From contig JBKBRF010000012.1 in the NCBI GenBank assembly GCA_046292385.1, forward strand, positions 64,001-128,000: 64,000 bases of DNA, written 5' to 3'. The position numbers and the translations under genes were made by a program. Within the stretch, counting starts at the first letter, position 1, and each line of letters starts with the position of its first letter. Of this stretch, positions 27,868 through 37,669 are shown in pieces. The notes under the pieces are model-generated. The model was not told where the DNA came from. It saw only the letters and a list, made by a program, of their open reading frames with translations, and searched no databases. Source of the DNA: Armatimonadota bacterium. Its GTDB lineage: Bacteria; Armatimonadota; SYMT01.

Positions 27868-30317
27868 TGCGCAACCCCCTGGACCGGTTCGCGGACTGGC
27901 TGGCCGTGAAGGCCGCGCAGCGCGTGGTCTCCCGGCTCCCCTACTCCGGCCGGACCGGCGCGGGCTACGGGGCGCGATTCACGGGGAGCGGCTGGGAGTT
28001 TGTCGACTACCTGGCGACCGGTGGCCGGCCGCTGCCGATCCAGCCCCACGAGGCCGGCGACCTGCGCCTCAACTCGATCGTGGCGGCGTGCCTCCAGTGG
28101 ATCTCTACCTCGTGGCCCCAGGCGGTGCCGCAGGTCGGGACCCTGAACGGCGCGGAGTTCGTGCCGGACAAGAAGCCGCACCCGCTCACGGTGCTGCTCC
28201 GGCAGCCGTCGCCGCACTGTAACGGCCGCTGGCTGATCGCGGCGCTGAACGAGGATTTCTGGTTTCGGGGAAACGCCTACGCCCAGATCATCACCGGGCG
28301 CGGCGGGCTCCCGGCGGAGCTGAACTACCTGCCGGCGCGCAGCTTCACTCCCGTGGGGGATGACAAGGGCTACCTGTCTCACTACCGCTATGAAGCGGGC
28401 ACGGGGACCTACGAGGTCGACCCGGCGGAGATCCTGCACTTCCGGTATGGCATCAGCGATGAGAACCCGCTGGAGGGTGTCTCGCCGCTGCGGTCCGGCT
28501 TCCGGGAGATCGTGACCGACAACAGCGCCAGCGACTACGCGGCGGGGCTCTTCCGGAACGGAGGGATGCCCCCGGCGCTCCTGACGCCGCGGCTGAACAA
28601 GGACGACCTGACGGGCCAGGCGCTTCTCTCCGCGGACGATGCGGAGGTGCTGACCAAGCAGCTCTCGGAGAAGATCCGCGCGCAGCCGGGACACCTGCGC
28701 TTCATCAGCGCCGCGATGGAGCTGCTGCAGCTCTCCTTCAAACCCGGGGAGATGGGGCTGGAGATCTGCCGCGAGGAGCCGGAGACGCGCATCCCTGCCC
28801 TCTTCGGCATCCCGCCGGTGGTAGTGGGGCTGCGGGCCGGGACCCTCCGGAGCACCTACAACAACGTGGAGACGGCGTTCCGACAGGCCTGGAATGGCTG
28901 CCTTAGCCCACTCCAGGATTACTTCGCGGAGGTCTTCACCAACCGGCTCCTGCCGCTCTACCCGGGCAGTGAGGGCAAGGTGGTCCGGTACGACCGCTCC
29001 AACGTGGGCGAGCTGCAGCCGGACATGAACGCGCTCCGGGATCAGGCGCGGAAGGATCACCAGGCGGGGATCATCACGCTGGAGGAGGCGCGCGCCGAAG
29101 GCGGCCGCCAGACCGACGAGAAGACCCGGCAGCAGCTCCAGCAAGAGCGGGAAGAGCGGATGCCGCCGGCGCTGGCGGCCGGGGAAGACCCGAAGCCGGA
29201 GCCGGACCCCAAGAAGGACCCGAAGAAGGAGAAGGAGGGCGACGGGCGCAAGTACCGTGATCCCTTTCGTGTGAAGTCGAGCTCCGAGCTCTGGACCACC
29301 CTCGACTCCTTCCGGACGGCCCTGCGGGGACACGAGGACTCCGCCGTCGAGCAGATGACGGCGGCTTACGAGACCACGCGGGAGAGCATCCAGGGGAAGC
29401 TGGACGCCCTCACCGAGCGGATGGAGCAGGCCGAGGCCGCCGGAGAGACGATCTCCGAGGCCTGGCTCGCGCAGGAGACCCGATACGAGGAGCTGCTCTC
29501 CCAGATCGAGGCCTCACTCTCGGAGCTGGCGGCGGACCAGGCGGAGCCGCTGGCGGAAGCGCAGCGCGGCGCCGTCACCGCGGCGGCCGACTACGCGCAG
29601 GATCTGACGCGGGCGGCGCTGGGAGAGGCTCCCGAGGGGGTCTCCCTCACCTGGAACCGCCTCTCGAAGGAAGCGCTCGAAGCGTTCGTCGGGTTCGCCG
29701 GCGACGGTAGCCCGCTCCATCAGCTCCTGGAAGAGCTGGGGCCCGACGCCCGGGACCAGGTGAAGGACGCCCTCCTCACCGGGATCGCCGAGGGGCGGAA
29801 CCCCCGCGCCATCGCCGGCGAGATCTCGAAGGCGCTGGACGGCAACCGGGCCCGCGCCCTGACGATCGCCCGCACCGAGGTGCACCGGGCGAGCCGGGAA
29901 GCGTCCCGCGAGAGCTACGCCGCCAACAGCGACGTGGTCGAGGGCTGGACCTGGGTCGCCAAGCTCGACACGGAGACGTGCGCCGGCTGCTGGGCGATGC
30001 ACGGGAGTCACCACGCGCCGACCCAGATCCTGGACGATCACCCGAACGGCCGGTGCGTGATGGTGCCCCGCACGAAGAGCTGGGCCGAGATCCTGGGCGA
30101 CTCATCCATCCCCGACACCCGGCCGGTGATCCCGACCGGCGAGAGCGAGTTCCTGAAGCTCTCGGAAGAGCAGCAGAAGGAGATCCTCGGGCCGGGGATG
30201 TGGAAGCTCTGGAAGGACGGCAAGGTCCAGTTCAGCGACCTGGTCCACCAGGAGACGGATGAGCGCTGGGGCACGATGCGCCGGCCGGCGACCCTAGCCG
30301 AGGCGCAGGGAGCGTGA
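27867..30317 (+). CDS. Portal protein fused to a MuF/SPP1 gp7-like head morphogenesis domain
   Basis: N-part GNAY, EILHFR, GVSPL, FRNGGMP, FGIPP; C-part RALTIARTE, W.W.AKLD..TC..C..MHG, HPNGRC; no stop between them. Confidence 0.88.
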   Translation: MRNPLDRFADWLAVKAAQRVVSRLPYSGRTGAGYGARFTGSGWEFVDYLATGGRPLPIQPHEAGDLRLNSIVAACLQWISTSWPQAVPQVGTLNGAEFVPDKKPHPLTVLLRQPSPHCNGRWLIAALNEDFWFRGNAYAQIITGRGGLPAELNYLPARSFTPVGDDKGYLSHYRYEAGTGTYEVDPAEILHFRYGISDENPLEGVSPLRSGFREIVTDNSASDYAAGLFRNGGMPPALLTPRLNKDDLTGQALLSADDAEVLTKQLSEKIRAQPGHLRFISAAMELLQLSFKPGEMGLEICREEPETRIPALFGIPPVVVGLRAGTLRSTYNNVETAFRQAWNGCLSPLQDYFAEVFTNRLLPLYPGSEGKVVRYDRSNVGELQPDMNALRDQARKDHQAGIITLEEARAEGGRQTDEKTRQQLQQEREERMPPALAAGEDPKPEPDPKKDPKKEKEGDGRKYRDPFRVKSSSELWTTLDSFRTALRGHEDSAVEQMTAAYETTRESIQGKLDALTERMEQAEAAGETISEAWLAQETRYEELLSQIEASLSELAADQAEPLAEAQRGAVTAAADYAQDLTRAALGEAPEGVSLTWNRLSKEALEAFVGFAGDGSPLHQLLEELGPDARDQVKDALLTGIAEGRNPRAIAGEISKALDGNRARALTIARTEVHRASREASRESYAANSDVVEGWTWVAKLDTETCAGCWAMHGSHHAPTQILDDHPNGRCVMVPRTKSWAEILGDSSIPDTRPVIPTGESEFLKLSEEQQKEILGPGMWKLWKDGKVQFSDLVHQETDERWGTMRRPATLAEAQGA

Positions 30318-30335
30318 TAGATCGACGCATCTCCC

Positions 30336-31136
30336 TTACTGAGGAGAGCGAGTGAGCGGCCCAACGGGCTCGTGGTGAAGTACAACTCGGGCGTTGTCCC
30401 CGAGGTGACGGATCAGGATCGCACGGCCGAAGTGTCGCTTCGAGCGCGCCAAGGGTGCGCACATCATCTTGTCGCTATAGACCCGCAGCACCACTCGCTC
30501 CGGATTACCAGGAACGACTAGGTAGGACCGAGTCAACGCCGCCTCAGCCGCGCCATGGATTAGCCCGTAGCTCGTCGTCAGGGCGAGGATGCTAAATGCT
30601 AGCGTGGGGAGTCTCCACCGGTCCCACCGGCGAAGGGCTGACGAAAGATCCGGGGCACGACTCAGGTAAAGTGGAGGCGCGATCAGCACGGCGATGAGGG
30701 CGGCGAGCGAAAGCAGCAAGTGCCATTGGAGAGTTCCCATGAAGTAGGCGCCGACGCCGGATAAGACCAGGACGTACACCGCTGTCAATCTGAGCATTCC
30801 CATAAACGCTCGCTGCACCTCTCGTCGCCAGTTAACGTTCAGCTCGCGCGCTTGCTTGATCAGCAGCTCACGTAGGCTCTCCTCCGGGCCCGGGATCACC
30901 AGCATCAGCGGCAGGGAGATAAGGCCGAAGAAGAGGAGCGGAAGCAGCGAGCGAAACACTTCGCCCGGTCCGATGACAATGAACTCTACCGGCACTCCGT
31001 ATGCCGTGCAGGCGCCGATCTCTCGCGTAAGGGCAACGAAGTAGGCCGCGACGCTGAGGGCGACCGGCAGCACGGCCGCAACCAGGCTGTCCGGTAGTAT
31101 CCATTGCCGATCTGGTGTGTGTTGGCTCTGTTCCAT
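30336..31136 (-). CDS. Multi-pass membrane protein; moron
   Basis: About five hydrophobic segments; antisense insertion in the head operon. Confidence 0.7.
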   Translation of the reverse strand: MEQSQHTPDRQWILPDSLVAAVLPVALSVAAYFVALTREIGACTAYGVPVEFIVIGPGEVFRSLLPLLFFGLISLPLMLVIPGPEESLRELLIKQARELNVNWRREVQRAFMGMLRLTAVYVLVLSGVGAYFMGTLQWHLLLSLAALIAVLIAPPLYLSRAPDLSSALRRWDRWRLPTLAFSILALTTSYGLIHGAAEAALTRSYLVVPGNPERVVLRVYSDKMMCAPLARSKRHFGRAILIRHLGDNARVVLHHEPVGPLTRSPQ

Positions 31137-31213
31137 CGTTCGCACAGGTCGCCCCGCGATCAAGATGAGCATTACGGGCTCTCGACGCTAGGCAACCACT
31201 TTACTGAACAACG

Positions 31214-31241
31214 GGCCGGTTCCTCCGGGAACCGGCCTTTT
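31214..31241 (+). terminator. Intrinsic terminator-like hairpin
   Basis: GGCCGGTTCC-TCCG-GGAACCGGCC-TTTT. Confidence 0.55.
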
Positions 31242-31276
31242 GCATGGTTGCCGTGTGGCGACCGCCGAGAGGCACG

Positions 31277-32008
31277 ATGCAGCTTCAATACAAATCTTTC
31301 GAGTTCAAAGCCGCGGGCGAGGGCTTGGCCGACGGCGAGTTCGCCGGCTACGGCAGCGTCTTCAAGGTGGTCGACACCTACGGCGACATCATGGGGCCCG
31401 GCGCCTTTAGCAAAACGCTGGACTTCTTCCTGGAGAACGGGCAGGTCCAGTGGCAGCACCGGATGAGCCAGCCGATCGGGAAGCCGATCGAGGCCCGGGA
31501 AGACGCCAAGGGCCTCTGGGTCAAGGGCAAGATCTCCGACACCGCGATGGGCCGCGACGCCCTGACGCTGGTGCGGGATGGCGTCGTCCGGAAGCTCTCC
31601 ATCGGCTTCGTCACCAAGGGCTACGAGGTGCTCTCCGAGAGCCGGGCCCGGGAGATCCTCGGCGACGCCGGCTACGAAGAGGCGATCAAAGCGCTGCCCT
31701 GGTGGGTGGACGAGCTCCGCCTCATCACCGAGGTCAAGCTCTACGAGGTCTCTCTGGTGAGCTTCCCCGCCAACGAACAGGCGGAGATCGTCTCCGTGAA
31801 GGCCGCGCCGGATGGCCGGCTGCCGGAGACGGAGCGACAGTTGGAGCGGTTCCTGCGGGATGCAGGGTTCAGCCGCAAAGCCGCGGTGGCGATTGCCAGC
31901 CACGGCTTCAAGGGGCTCCAGCGGGATGCTGCGGGCGAGCGTGAAGACGACACGAACGGAGTTCTGGACGCGCTGAAGCGCGCCGAGCTGGCGCTCCAGG
32001 CATCCTGA
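31277..32008 (+). CDS. HK97-family prohead protease
   Basis: FAGYGSVF..VD.YGD...PGAF, WQH....PIG, LSIGF, LYEVSLVSFPAN. Confidence 0.95.
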   Translation: MQLQYKSFEFKAAGEGLADGEFAGYGSVFKVVDTYGDIMGPGAFSKTLDFFLENGQVQWQHRMSQPIGKPIEAREDAKGLWVKGKISDTAMGRDALTLVRDGVVRKLSIGFVTKGYEVLSESRAREILGDAGYEEAIKALPWWVDELRLITEVKLYEVSLVSFPANEQAEIVSVKAAPDGRLPETERQLERFLRDAGFSRKAAVAIASHGFKGLQRDAAGEREDDTNGVLDALKRAELALQAS

Positions 32009-32021
32009 CAAGGAGCAATGC

Positions 32022-33236
32022 ATGAGTGAAGTGATGACCGCTATCGAGCGGATCGCCACGGGGTTTGAGGAGTTCAAGCGAACGAACGACGAGCGCCTCA
32101 AGCAGATCGAGACCCGCGGCAAGGCGGACCCGCTGCTGGAAGAGAAGCTCGACCGCATCAACGCCGACCTCGACCGGCTGCAGGAGATGCTCCAGAAGGG
32201 CCAGCGCCTCCCCCTCCCCGGCTCCGATGGCCGTGAGCAGAAGGGCCTCACCGCGGAGCAGCTCGAGCACAAGACCGGCTACCTGAAGTTCCTCCGCAAG
32301 GGGAACGAGGACGGCCTGCGCGACCTCGAAGCGAAGGCGATGAGCGTCGGCAGCGACCCGGACGGCGGTTACCTGGTGCCGGCGGATATGACGGGCCGGA
32401 TCGTGACGAAGGTCTACGAAACCAGCCCGATGCGCCAGTACGCGCAGGTGGACACCACCAGCTCGGACACCTACGGCGGCCCCACCGATCTGGATGAGGC
32501 CGGCGCGGGCTGGGTGGGCGAAACCGAGGACCGGGACGAGACCGACACCCCCGAGATCGGGGAGTGGAGCTTCCCGATCCACGAGATCTACGCGGAGCCG
32601 CGGCAGACCCAGAAGTTCCTGGACGACGCCGCCTCCAACGTGGAGGAGTGGCTCGCCCGGAAGCTGGCGGACAAGTTCGCCCGCACCGAGAACGCTGCGT
32701 TCATCAACGGCAACGGCGTCAAGAAGCCGCGCGGCCTCTTCTCCTATGAGACGCTGGCCACCGGTGACGGCGTCCGCGCCTGGAAGAAGATGGAGCACGT
32801 GCTCACCGGCGCCGCGGGCGACTTCGCGGCGGCCGATCCGGGTGACGTGCTCTTCGACGTGGTCGGCGCCCTCAAGGCAGCCTACCGCCAGGGCGCGGTG
32901 TGGGTGTGCAACCGCAGCGTGGTCACCAAGGTCCGGAAGTTCAAGGACCAGAATGACCAATACTTGTGGCAGCCGTCCCTCCAGGTCGGCCAGCCGCAGA
33001 CCCTGCTCGGCTTCCCGATCGCGGAGATGGAGGACGTCCCGGCGCTCGCGAATGGCTCGCTCTCGATGGGCTTCGGCAACATCAAGATCGCCTACCAGAT
33101 CGCGGACCGGATCGGCATCCGTACCCTGCGCGACCCGTTCACCAAGAAGGGCTGGGTGAAGTTCTACACCACCAAGCGCGTCGGCGCGGACGTGGTGAAC
33201 TTCGAGGCGTTCAAGTTCCTGAAGTTCGGCGCCTAA
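32022..33236 (+). CDS. HK97-family major capsid protein
   Basis: DPDGGYLVP, WVGETE.R, FINGNG.KKPRG, YLWQP, TLLGFP, RDPFT.KGWVKFYTTKRVG. Confidence 0.95.
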   Translation: MSEVMTAIERIATGFEEFKRTNDERLKQIETRGKADPLLEEKLDRINADLDRLQEMLQKGQRLPLPGSDGREQKGLTAEQLEHKTGYLKFLRKGNEDGLRDLEAKAMSVGSDPDGGYLVPADMTGRIVTKVYETSPMRQYAQVDTTSSDTYGGPTDLDEAGAGWVGETEDRDETDTPEIGEWSFPIHEIYAEPRQTQKFLDDAASNVEEWLARKLADKFARTENAAFINGNGVKKPRGLFSYETLATGDGVRAWKKMEHVLTGAAGDFAAADPGDVLFDVVGALKAAYRQGAVWVCNRSVVTKVRKFKDQNDQYLWQPSLQVGQPQTLLGFPIAEMEDVPALANGSLSMGFGNIKIAYQIADRIGIRTLRDPFTKKGWVKFYTTKRVGADVVNFEAFKFLKFGA

Positions 33237-33272
33237 CCGCGCGGACAGCCTGACCAGAGCTACGGGGCCGGG

Positions 33273-33290
33273 TTATGCCACGTGGCATAA
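33273..33290. repeat. 18-bp palindrome, copy 5, embedded in a larger hairpin (33264-33300)
   Basis: GGGGCCGGG-core-TTCCGGCCCC after the capsid stop. Confidence 0.97.
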
Positions 33291-33329
33291 TTCCGGCCCC
33301 TTCGTCGTTCCGGTCCGGCGGAGACCAAG

Positions 33330-33740
33330 ATGAGAGATCTACACAATAACATCGGGGTCCGGCGCGCGCTCAGCCCCGTCTCCGTAGCCGACAACACCCC
33401 CCAGGTCTCGGAGATCGTCGATCGGCAGGGCTTCGAGAGCCTGGAGTTCCTGATCTCGATCGGGGCCGTAGGCGACGCTGATGCGACCTTCACGGTCCTG
33501 GTGGAGCACGGCGACGAGGCCAACCTCTCGGACGCGGCGGCCGTGCCGGATGACCAACTCCTGGGCACCGAGGCCGAGGCCGGCTTCCAGTTCGACGACG
33601 ATAACGAGGTCCGGAAGATCGGCTACCGCGGCTACAAGCGGTACGTCCGTCTCACCATCACCCCCGTGAACAACGCGGCGGCTGCCCTGCTCTCTGCGGT
33701 GGCGGTACTGAGCCACGCGTCGGTACGTCCGGTCGCCTAA
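33330..33740 (+). CDS. Head-associated protein
   Basis: Follows the capsid gene; IVDRQGFES, IGY.G.KRYVRL. Confidence 0.75.
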   Translation: MRDLHNNIGVRRALSPVSVADNTPQVSEIVDRQGFESLEFLISIGAVGDADATFTVLVEHGDEANLSDAAAVPDDQLLGTEAEAGFQFDDDNEVRKIGYRGYKRYVRLTITPVNNAAAALLSAVAVLSHASVRPVA

Positions 33741-33789
33741 CGGCGGCGCTTTTCCCCTGGGCCGGGGGTAACCGGTCCACCCCTTTTCT

Positions 33790-34275
33790 ATGCTCACCCT
33801 CCAGCAGGCCGTCAGCCGGCTCCGGATGCTCGTCTCCGCGGAGACCGATCCGGAGCTTACGGACGCGGAGCTGCGCGCGATCGTGGCGATGCAGGAGCGC
33901 GCCACGGTCTGGACCGCAGAGACGGCCTACCAGGTGGGCGACCGCGTCATCCCTACCGGGCCGAACGGCCGGGTCTACGTGTGCCGCACCGCCGGCACCA
34001 GCGACGCCATCGAGCCGGACTTCGGTGAGGCCGGGGACCACTTCCTCGGGCGCCTGGTAGACGACGGCACGGAGCTGGAGTGGCAGGACGGTGGGCCGAT
34101 GTTCGCGGAGCGCTTCGACCTGCGGGCTGCCTGCCACGAGGCGTGGATGCTCAAGGCCGCGAAGTGCTCGGACCGCAGCTACTTGGCCAGTGGCGGCCAG
34201 ATGTTCAGCCGCCAGCAGGTGCACGAGCACTGCCTAAAGATGGCGGCGCGGTATACGCCGCTCATGATCGCGTGA
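33790..34275 (+). CDS. Head-tail connector-like protein with an inserted carbohydrate-binding-module-like motif
   Basis: WTAETAYQVGDRV...GRVYVCRTAGTS; DLRAA..EAW..KAA. Confidence 0.6.
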   Translation: MLTLQQAVSRLRMLVSAETDPELTDAELRAIVAMQERATVWTAETAYQVGDRVIPTGPNGRVYVCRTAGTSDAIEPDFGEAGDHFLGRLVDDGTELEWQDGGPMFAERFDLRAACHEAWMLKAAKCSDRSYLASGGQMFSRQQVHEHCLKMAARYTPLMIA

Positions 34276-34284
34276 GAGGAATCT

Positions 34285-34530
34285 ATGCAGCCCGGATTCT
34301 CGTTCAAACACCACAGCCGCGAGCAGGCGGAAGAGCTCTGGAAGGCGATGCTCGCCAACGTGGAGCGACAGGCGATGGAGTGCTACGCCAACGGCGTGAT
34401 GCACCCCAACGACAAGCAGCTCAAGCAGGCCGCGGAAGGCGCACAGGCGCAGCTCCGCCGCCTCGAGGCGGAGTATGAGCGCTGGCAGGCGGAGAACCCC
34501 GCGCCGGCGCCGCCCGCACCCGAAGCCTGA
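34285..34530 (+). CDS. Hypothetical protein
   Basis: GAGGA RBS. Confidence 0.55.
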   Translation: MQPGFSFKHHSREQAEELWKAMLANVERQAMECYANGVMHPNDKQLKQAAEGAQAQLRRLEAEYERWQAENPAPAPPAPEA

Positions 34531-34550
34531 TCCCGTAAACCGGAGTCGCT

Positions 34551-35636
34551 ATGTTTGGCAAGATCCTGGTCCGTCTGTCCGAGCTACGTGAGTGGGAGAT
34601 CCCCACCGCGCCGGCCGCGGACGCCACCAAAGCGCGTCTGCTCCTCGGGGCCGCGCTGGCGGCGGGCAGCGCGCAGGGGACCTGGCTCGGCATCAATGCG
34701 GCGGGCGGGTTCAGCGGCAACCTGATCGATTACCAGGTCGGCGGCTCCCGCCGAATGGTGCTCACTGCCGCGGGCCGGCTGGGTCTCGGAGACACTCCGG
34801 ACGCGCTGCTTTCGATTGCCGTTGGCAACAACAATACCGGGCTGTTCCGGTTGCAGCATCCGAGTTCCAACTTCGACTTCGCCCTGTCTGCGTTCCAGAG
34901 CGCGACCGAACTGGCGGTGGTCCTCGGGAACAACGCCTACATCAATAGCACAGGCACGGCGTTTCCGCAGTTCGACGCCACGCGCACCTCCGCCTTTATT
35001 GCGCTCAACAATACCGGGTCGAGTGTCTCCGGCAACCAGGGCATCTTCTTCGGATGCGTGCCGGTGGCGGCCGGAACAAGCACCTATTTTGGAGTGATGG
35101 GCCAGAACGCCAGCAGCCACTTCAAGGGTGTGTTGGGTGGGTCGGGGATCAACAACATCGCCGCCTGGAACAGCATCCTGCAGATCAAAGGACCGGCCAA
35201 CGCGATAGTCTCGCTCTACGACACTACCAGCAGCGTTGGACATGATCTCGCCTGCACGGGCGGTGAGTTCGCGATCTACCGGCAGGACACCACCTCGGGC
35301 TACCGGCTGCGGATCGACACTAGCGGGCGCTGGACCTTTAACAACAACAGCGTCGTTACCACCGACGCGTATCATTTCCGGTGGACCAACATCGCTCTGG
35401 CAGGGATAGTGCTGAACGCTCCCAGCGGGCAGACTGCCGACCTCGCGCAATTGAAGGTGAATGGCACGACCGTGTTCCGGGTTTTCTCCTCTGGAAAGGC
35501 TACCGCGACAGGCGGTATTGGCGTGGGAAACTCTGCGGCGGCGACCACGCTGGGCACCCTAACGAAGAAGATGGAAGTATTTGACGCGGCCGGGAGCAGT
35601 CTGGGCTTCGTGCCGATTTACGACGCGATCACTTAA
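34551..35636 (+). CDS. Fibre-like virion protein
   Basis: RMVLTAAGRLGLG..P, RLRIDTSG; Gly/Ser/Thr/Asn-rich. Confidence 0.65.
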   Translation: MFGKILVRLSELREWEIPTAPAADATKARLLLGAALAAGSAQGTWLGINAAGGFSGNLIDYQVGGSRRMVLTAAGRLGLGDTPDALLSIAVGNNNTGLFRLQHPSSNFDFALSAFQSATELAVVLGNNAYINSTGTAFPQFDATRTSAFIALNNTGSSVSGNQGIFFGCVPVAAGTSTYFGVMGQNASSHFKGVLGGSGINNIAAWNSILQIKGPANAIVSLYDTTSSVGHDLACTGGEFAIYRQDTTSGYRLRIDTSGRWTFNNNSVVTTDAYHFRWTNIALAGIVLNAPSGQTADLAQLKVNGTTVFRVFSSGKATATGGIGVGNSAAATTLGTLTKKMEVFDAAGSSLGFVPIYDAIT

Positions 35637-35646
35637 GGGGACCATC

Positions 35647-36042
35647 ATGCCCATCTTGCCTTTCGTCCCGAAAGAGACCGCGCCCGTGCCGGTAGAGGCG
35701 CAGATGAAGCTCATGGACGTGCGGCGTAGCACCCCGAACGATCCGGGACACTTCGCGATCGTCCTGCAGCCGGTGGACGCGGACGGGAACTGGGACGAGA
35801 GCTACCGGGTGCAGAAGCTGATTGCCCGCAACAACCGCGGCGCGGAGGACCCGAACGCGGCCAGCATCGCGGACGACATTCGCGCCGCCCTGCTGGGGGC
35901 GCAGGTGCTGTCGAGCGAGGCGGTCTCCCGCCTGGAGGCGCTCACCGGACTGACCCTGGTCGGCATGTCCTACCAGGAGTTCGGGGAGACCCTGATGGGA
36001 GTGCTGGGGCAGCAGGGTCTGCTGGAAGTGCAGCAGGGGTAG
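35647..36042 (+). CDS. Hypothetical protein
   Basis: RBS, GC3 bias. Confidence 0.6.
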   Translation: MPILPFVPKETAPVPVEAQMKLMDVRRSTPNDPGHFAIVLQPVDADGNWDESYRVQKLIARNNRGAEDPNAASIADDIRAALLGAQVLSSEAVSRLEALTGLTLVGMSYQEFGETLMGVLGQQGLLEVQQG

Positions 36043-36050
36043 GCACGGCG

Positions 36051-36278
36051 ATGGACGGCGATCACAAGCCGGACGTGGCGGGCACCCTGCTCGCTGGCGC
36101 GGCGGCGGCGGTCTTCACCGGCTGCGCCGTGCCTCTGGCGTACGAAGCCTACGCCCTCCACCAGGGCAAGAAGCCGATCACCGAGTTCGTGCGCGAAGAG
36201 GCGCGCGAGAGACCCCGCCTCACCCTCGTCTCCGGCACGATCATCGGCCTCGTACTCGGTCACTTCTACTGGCACTGA
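36051..36278 (+). CDS. Small two-TM membrane protein
   Basis: Two hydrophobic segments; possible holin. Confidence 0.55.
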   Translation: MDGDHKPDVAGTLLAGAAAAVFTGCAVPLAYEAYALHQGKKPITEFVREEARERPRLTLVSGTIIGLVLGHFYWH

Positions 36279-36281
36279 TCC

Positions 36282-37118
36282 ATGGCGAACGAACTCCGCA
36301 TCCCGCACACTACCGCCAAGACGGTCTACGCGCTCCTGCTCAACGCCACCGGCCAGGCGTGGAACGGCGCGGCGTTTGAGGCGCTGACCTCCGCCAACTG
36401 GGCGACCTACGCCATCGCGCTGACGGAGGTCGCCGGCACCGGGATCTACCTGGGCAACATGCCGGCAGTGGCGGCGGGGGTCTACTCGGTCACGCTGTAC
36501 GAGCGCCAGGGCGGCGCCCCGGCCACGAGCGACTACGTGATCGGCCTGGGCGCGGTCCAGTGGGACGGCGCCGCGGTGGTCCTGCCCGGCTCGGCGGCGG
36601 CGCTGGCCGCGGTGGATGACCTGGTCGATGACCTGGAGAGCCGTCTCACCGCGGGCCGCGCGGCCGCCCTGGATAACCTGGACGCGACCGTCTCCAGCCG
36701 GCTGGCCGCTGCGGCCTACACGGCTCCGGATGACACGGCCGTCCTGGCCGCGCTCGACGCCCTCCCCACCGCGGCGGAAATCGACGCGCAGCTCTCGGAC
36801 AGCCACGGGGCCGGCCAGTGGGAGAGCGGCGCCGCCGTGGATCCGGACTTCTGCCGGGTCTCCGACACCGAAAAGACCGGGCTGGGTAAGCCGGTGGCCG
36901 GTCGCACCATCACGGTGGAGCTGGTCGACCCTGATCCGGATGCTGACGCCGCGATCTACGAGACGGAGCCGCATGAGACCGTCAGCGGAAGTGACGGCTA
37001 CTGGTACTTCGATCTGATCCGAGGCAAGACGTACCGCGTCGTGATCGCGGAGGCCGGGATCGATCAGAACGTGCTCGTGCCGGCGGACGCCGCGGCCACC
37101 CTCCGGAGCCTGCTCTAA
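36282..37118 (+). CDS. Virion-associated hypothetical protein
   Basis: Ig-like beta-rich ends with an Ala-rich linker (LDNLDATVSSR). Confidence 0.65.
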   Translation: MANELRIPHTTAKTVYALLLNATGQAWNGAAFEALTSANWATYAIALTEVAGTGIYLGNMPAVAAGVYSVTLYERQGGAPATSDYVIGLGAVQWDGAAVVLPGSAAALAAVDDLVDDLESRLTAGRAAALDNLDATVSSRLAAAAYTAPDDTAVLAALDALPTAAEIDAQLSDSHGAGQWESGAAVDPDFCRVSDTEKTGLGKPVAGRTITVELVDPDPDADAAIYETEPHETVSGSDGYWYFDLIRGKTYRVVIAEAGIDQNVLVPADAAATLRSLL

Positions 37119-37471
37119 TGCTCTCCGCGAAAGAGCTGGCGAGTATGCGGACGGCGGTGGCGCAGACGTTCGTGACGGCCGCGACCCTGCGCCGACGGAC
37201 CAGCGTCAGCGATGGCCAGGGCGGCGAGAGCTACACCTACGCCGACGCCGGCACGATCCGCGGGCGCCTGCAGCCCCGCAGCGCCAACGAGAAGCAGGAG
37301 GGCGGTCAGCTCGCCGGAGTGACCCTCTGGCGCTGGCTGTGCCCTCACGACACCGAGCTCCGCCTCACGGACCGGCTCCGGATCGACGGCGCCGATTACG
37401 AGGTGACCGGCACGAGCGCCGGAATGAGTGACGCGCTGGAGCTGCGCGCCGACCTGGTGAGGATCGACTGA
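37118..37471 (+). CDS. Head closure / head-tail adaptor
   Basis: SDGQGG, P.DT.L...DRL.IDG..YEV. Confidence 0.8.
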   Translation: MLSAKELASMRTAVAQTFVTAATLRRRTSVSDGQGGESYTYADAGTIRGRLQPRSANEKQEGGQLAGVTLWRWLCPHDTELRLTDRLRIDGADYEVTGTSAGMSDALELRADLVRID

Positions 37472-37669
37472 TGGTGAACTGCGAGCGGTGCCACGACGCT
37501 CCGGCCGAACGTGAGGTCTACTTCCAGGCCCGCAGCCGGCTGCGATTGCTCCTGTGCCAGCGGTGCATCCGGAGCGAGACGGCCCGCCTCGGCGGCAGCC
37601 GCTTCCCGCTGCCGCGCCTGGAACTCGGTCGCCGACTTCCCCCACCGGATCGGGCTCCCGAGGCGTACG

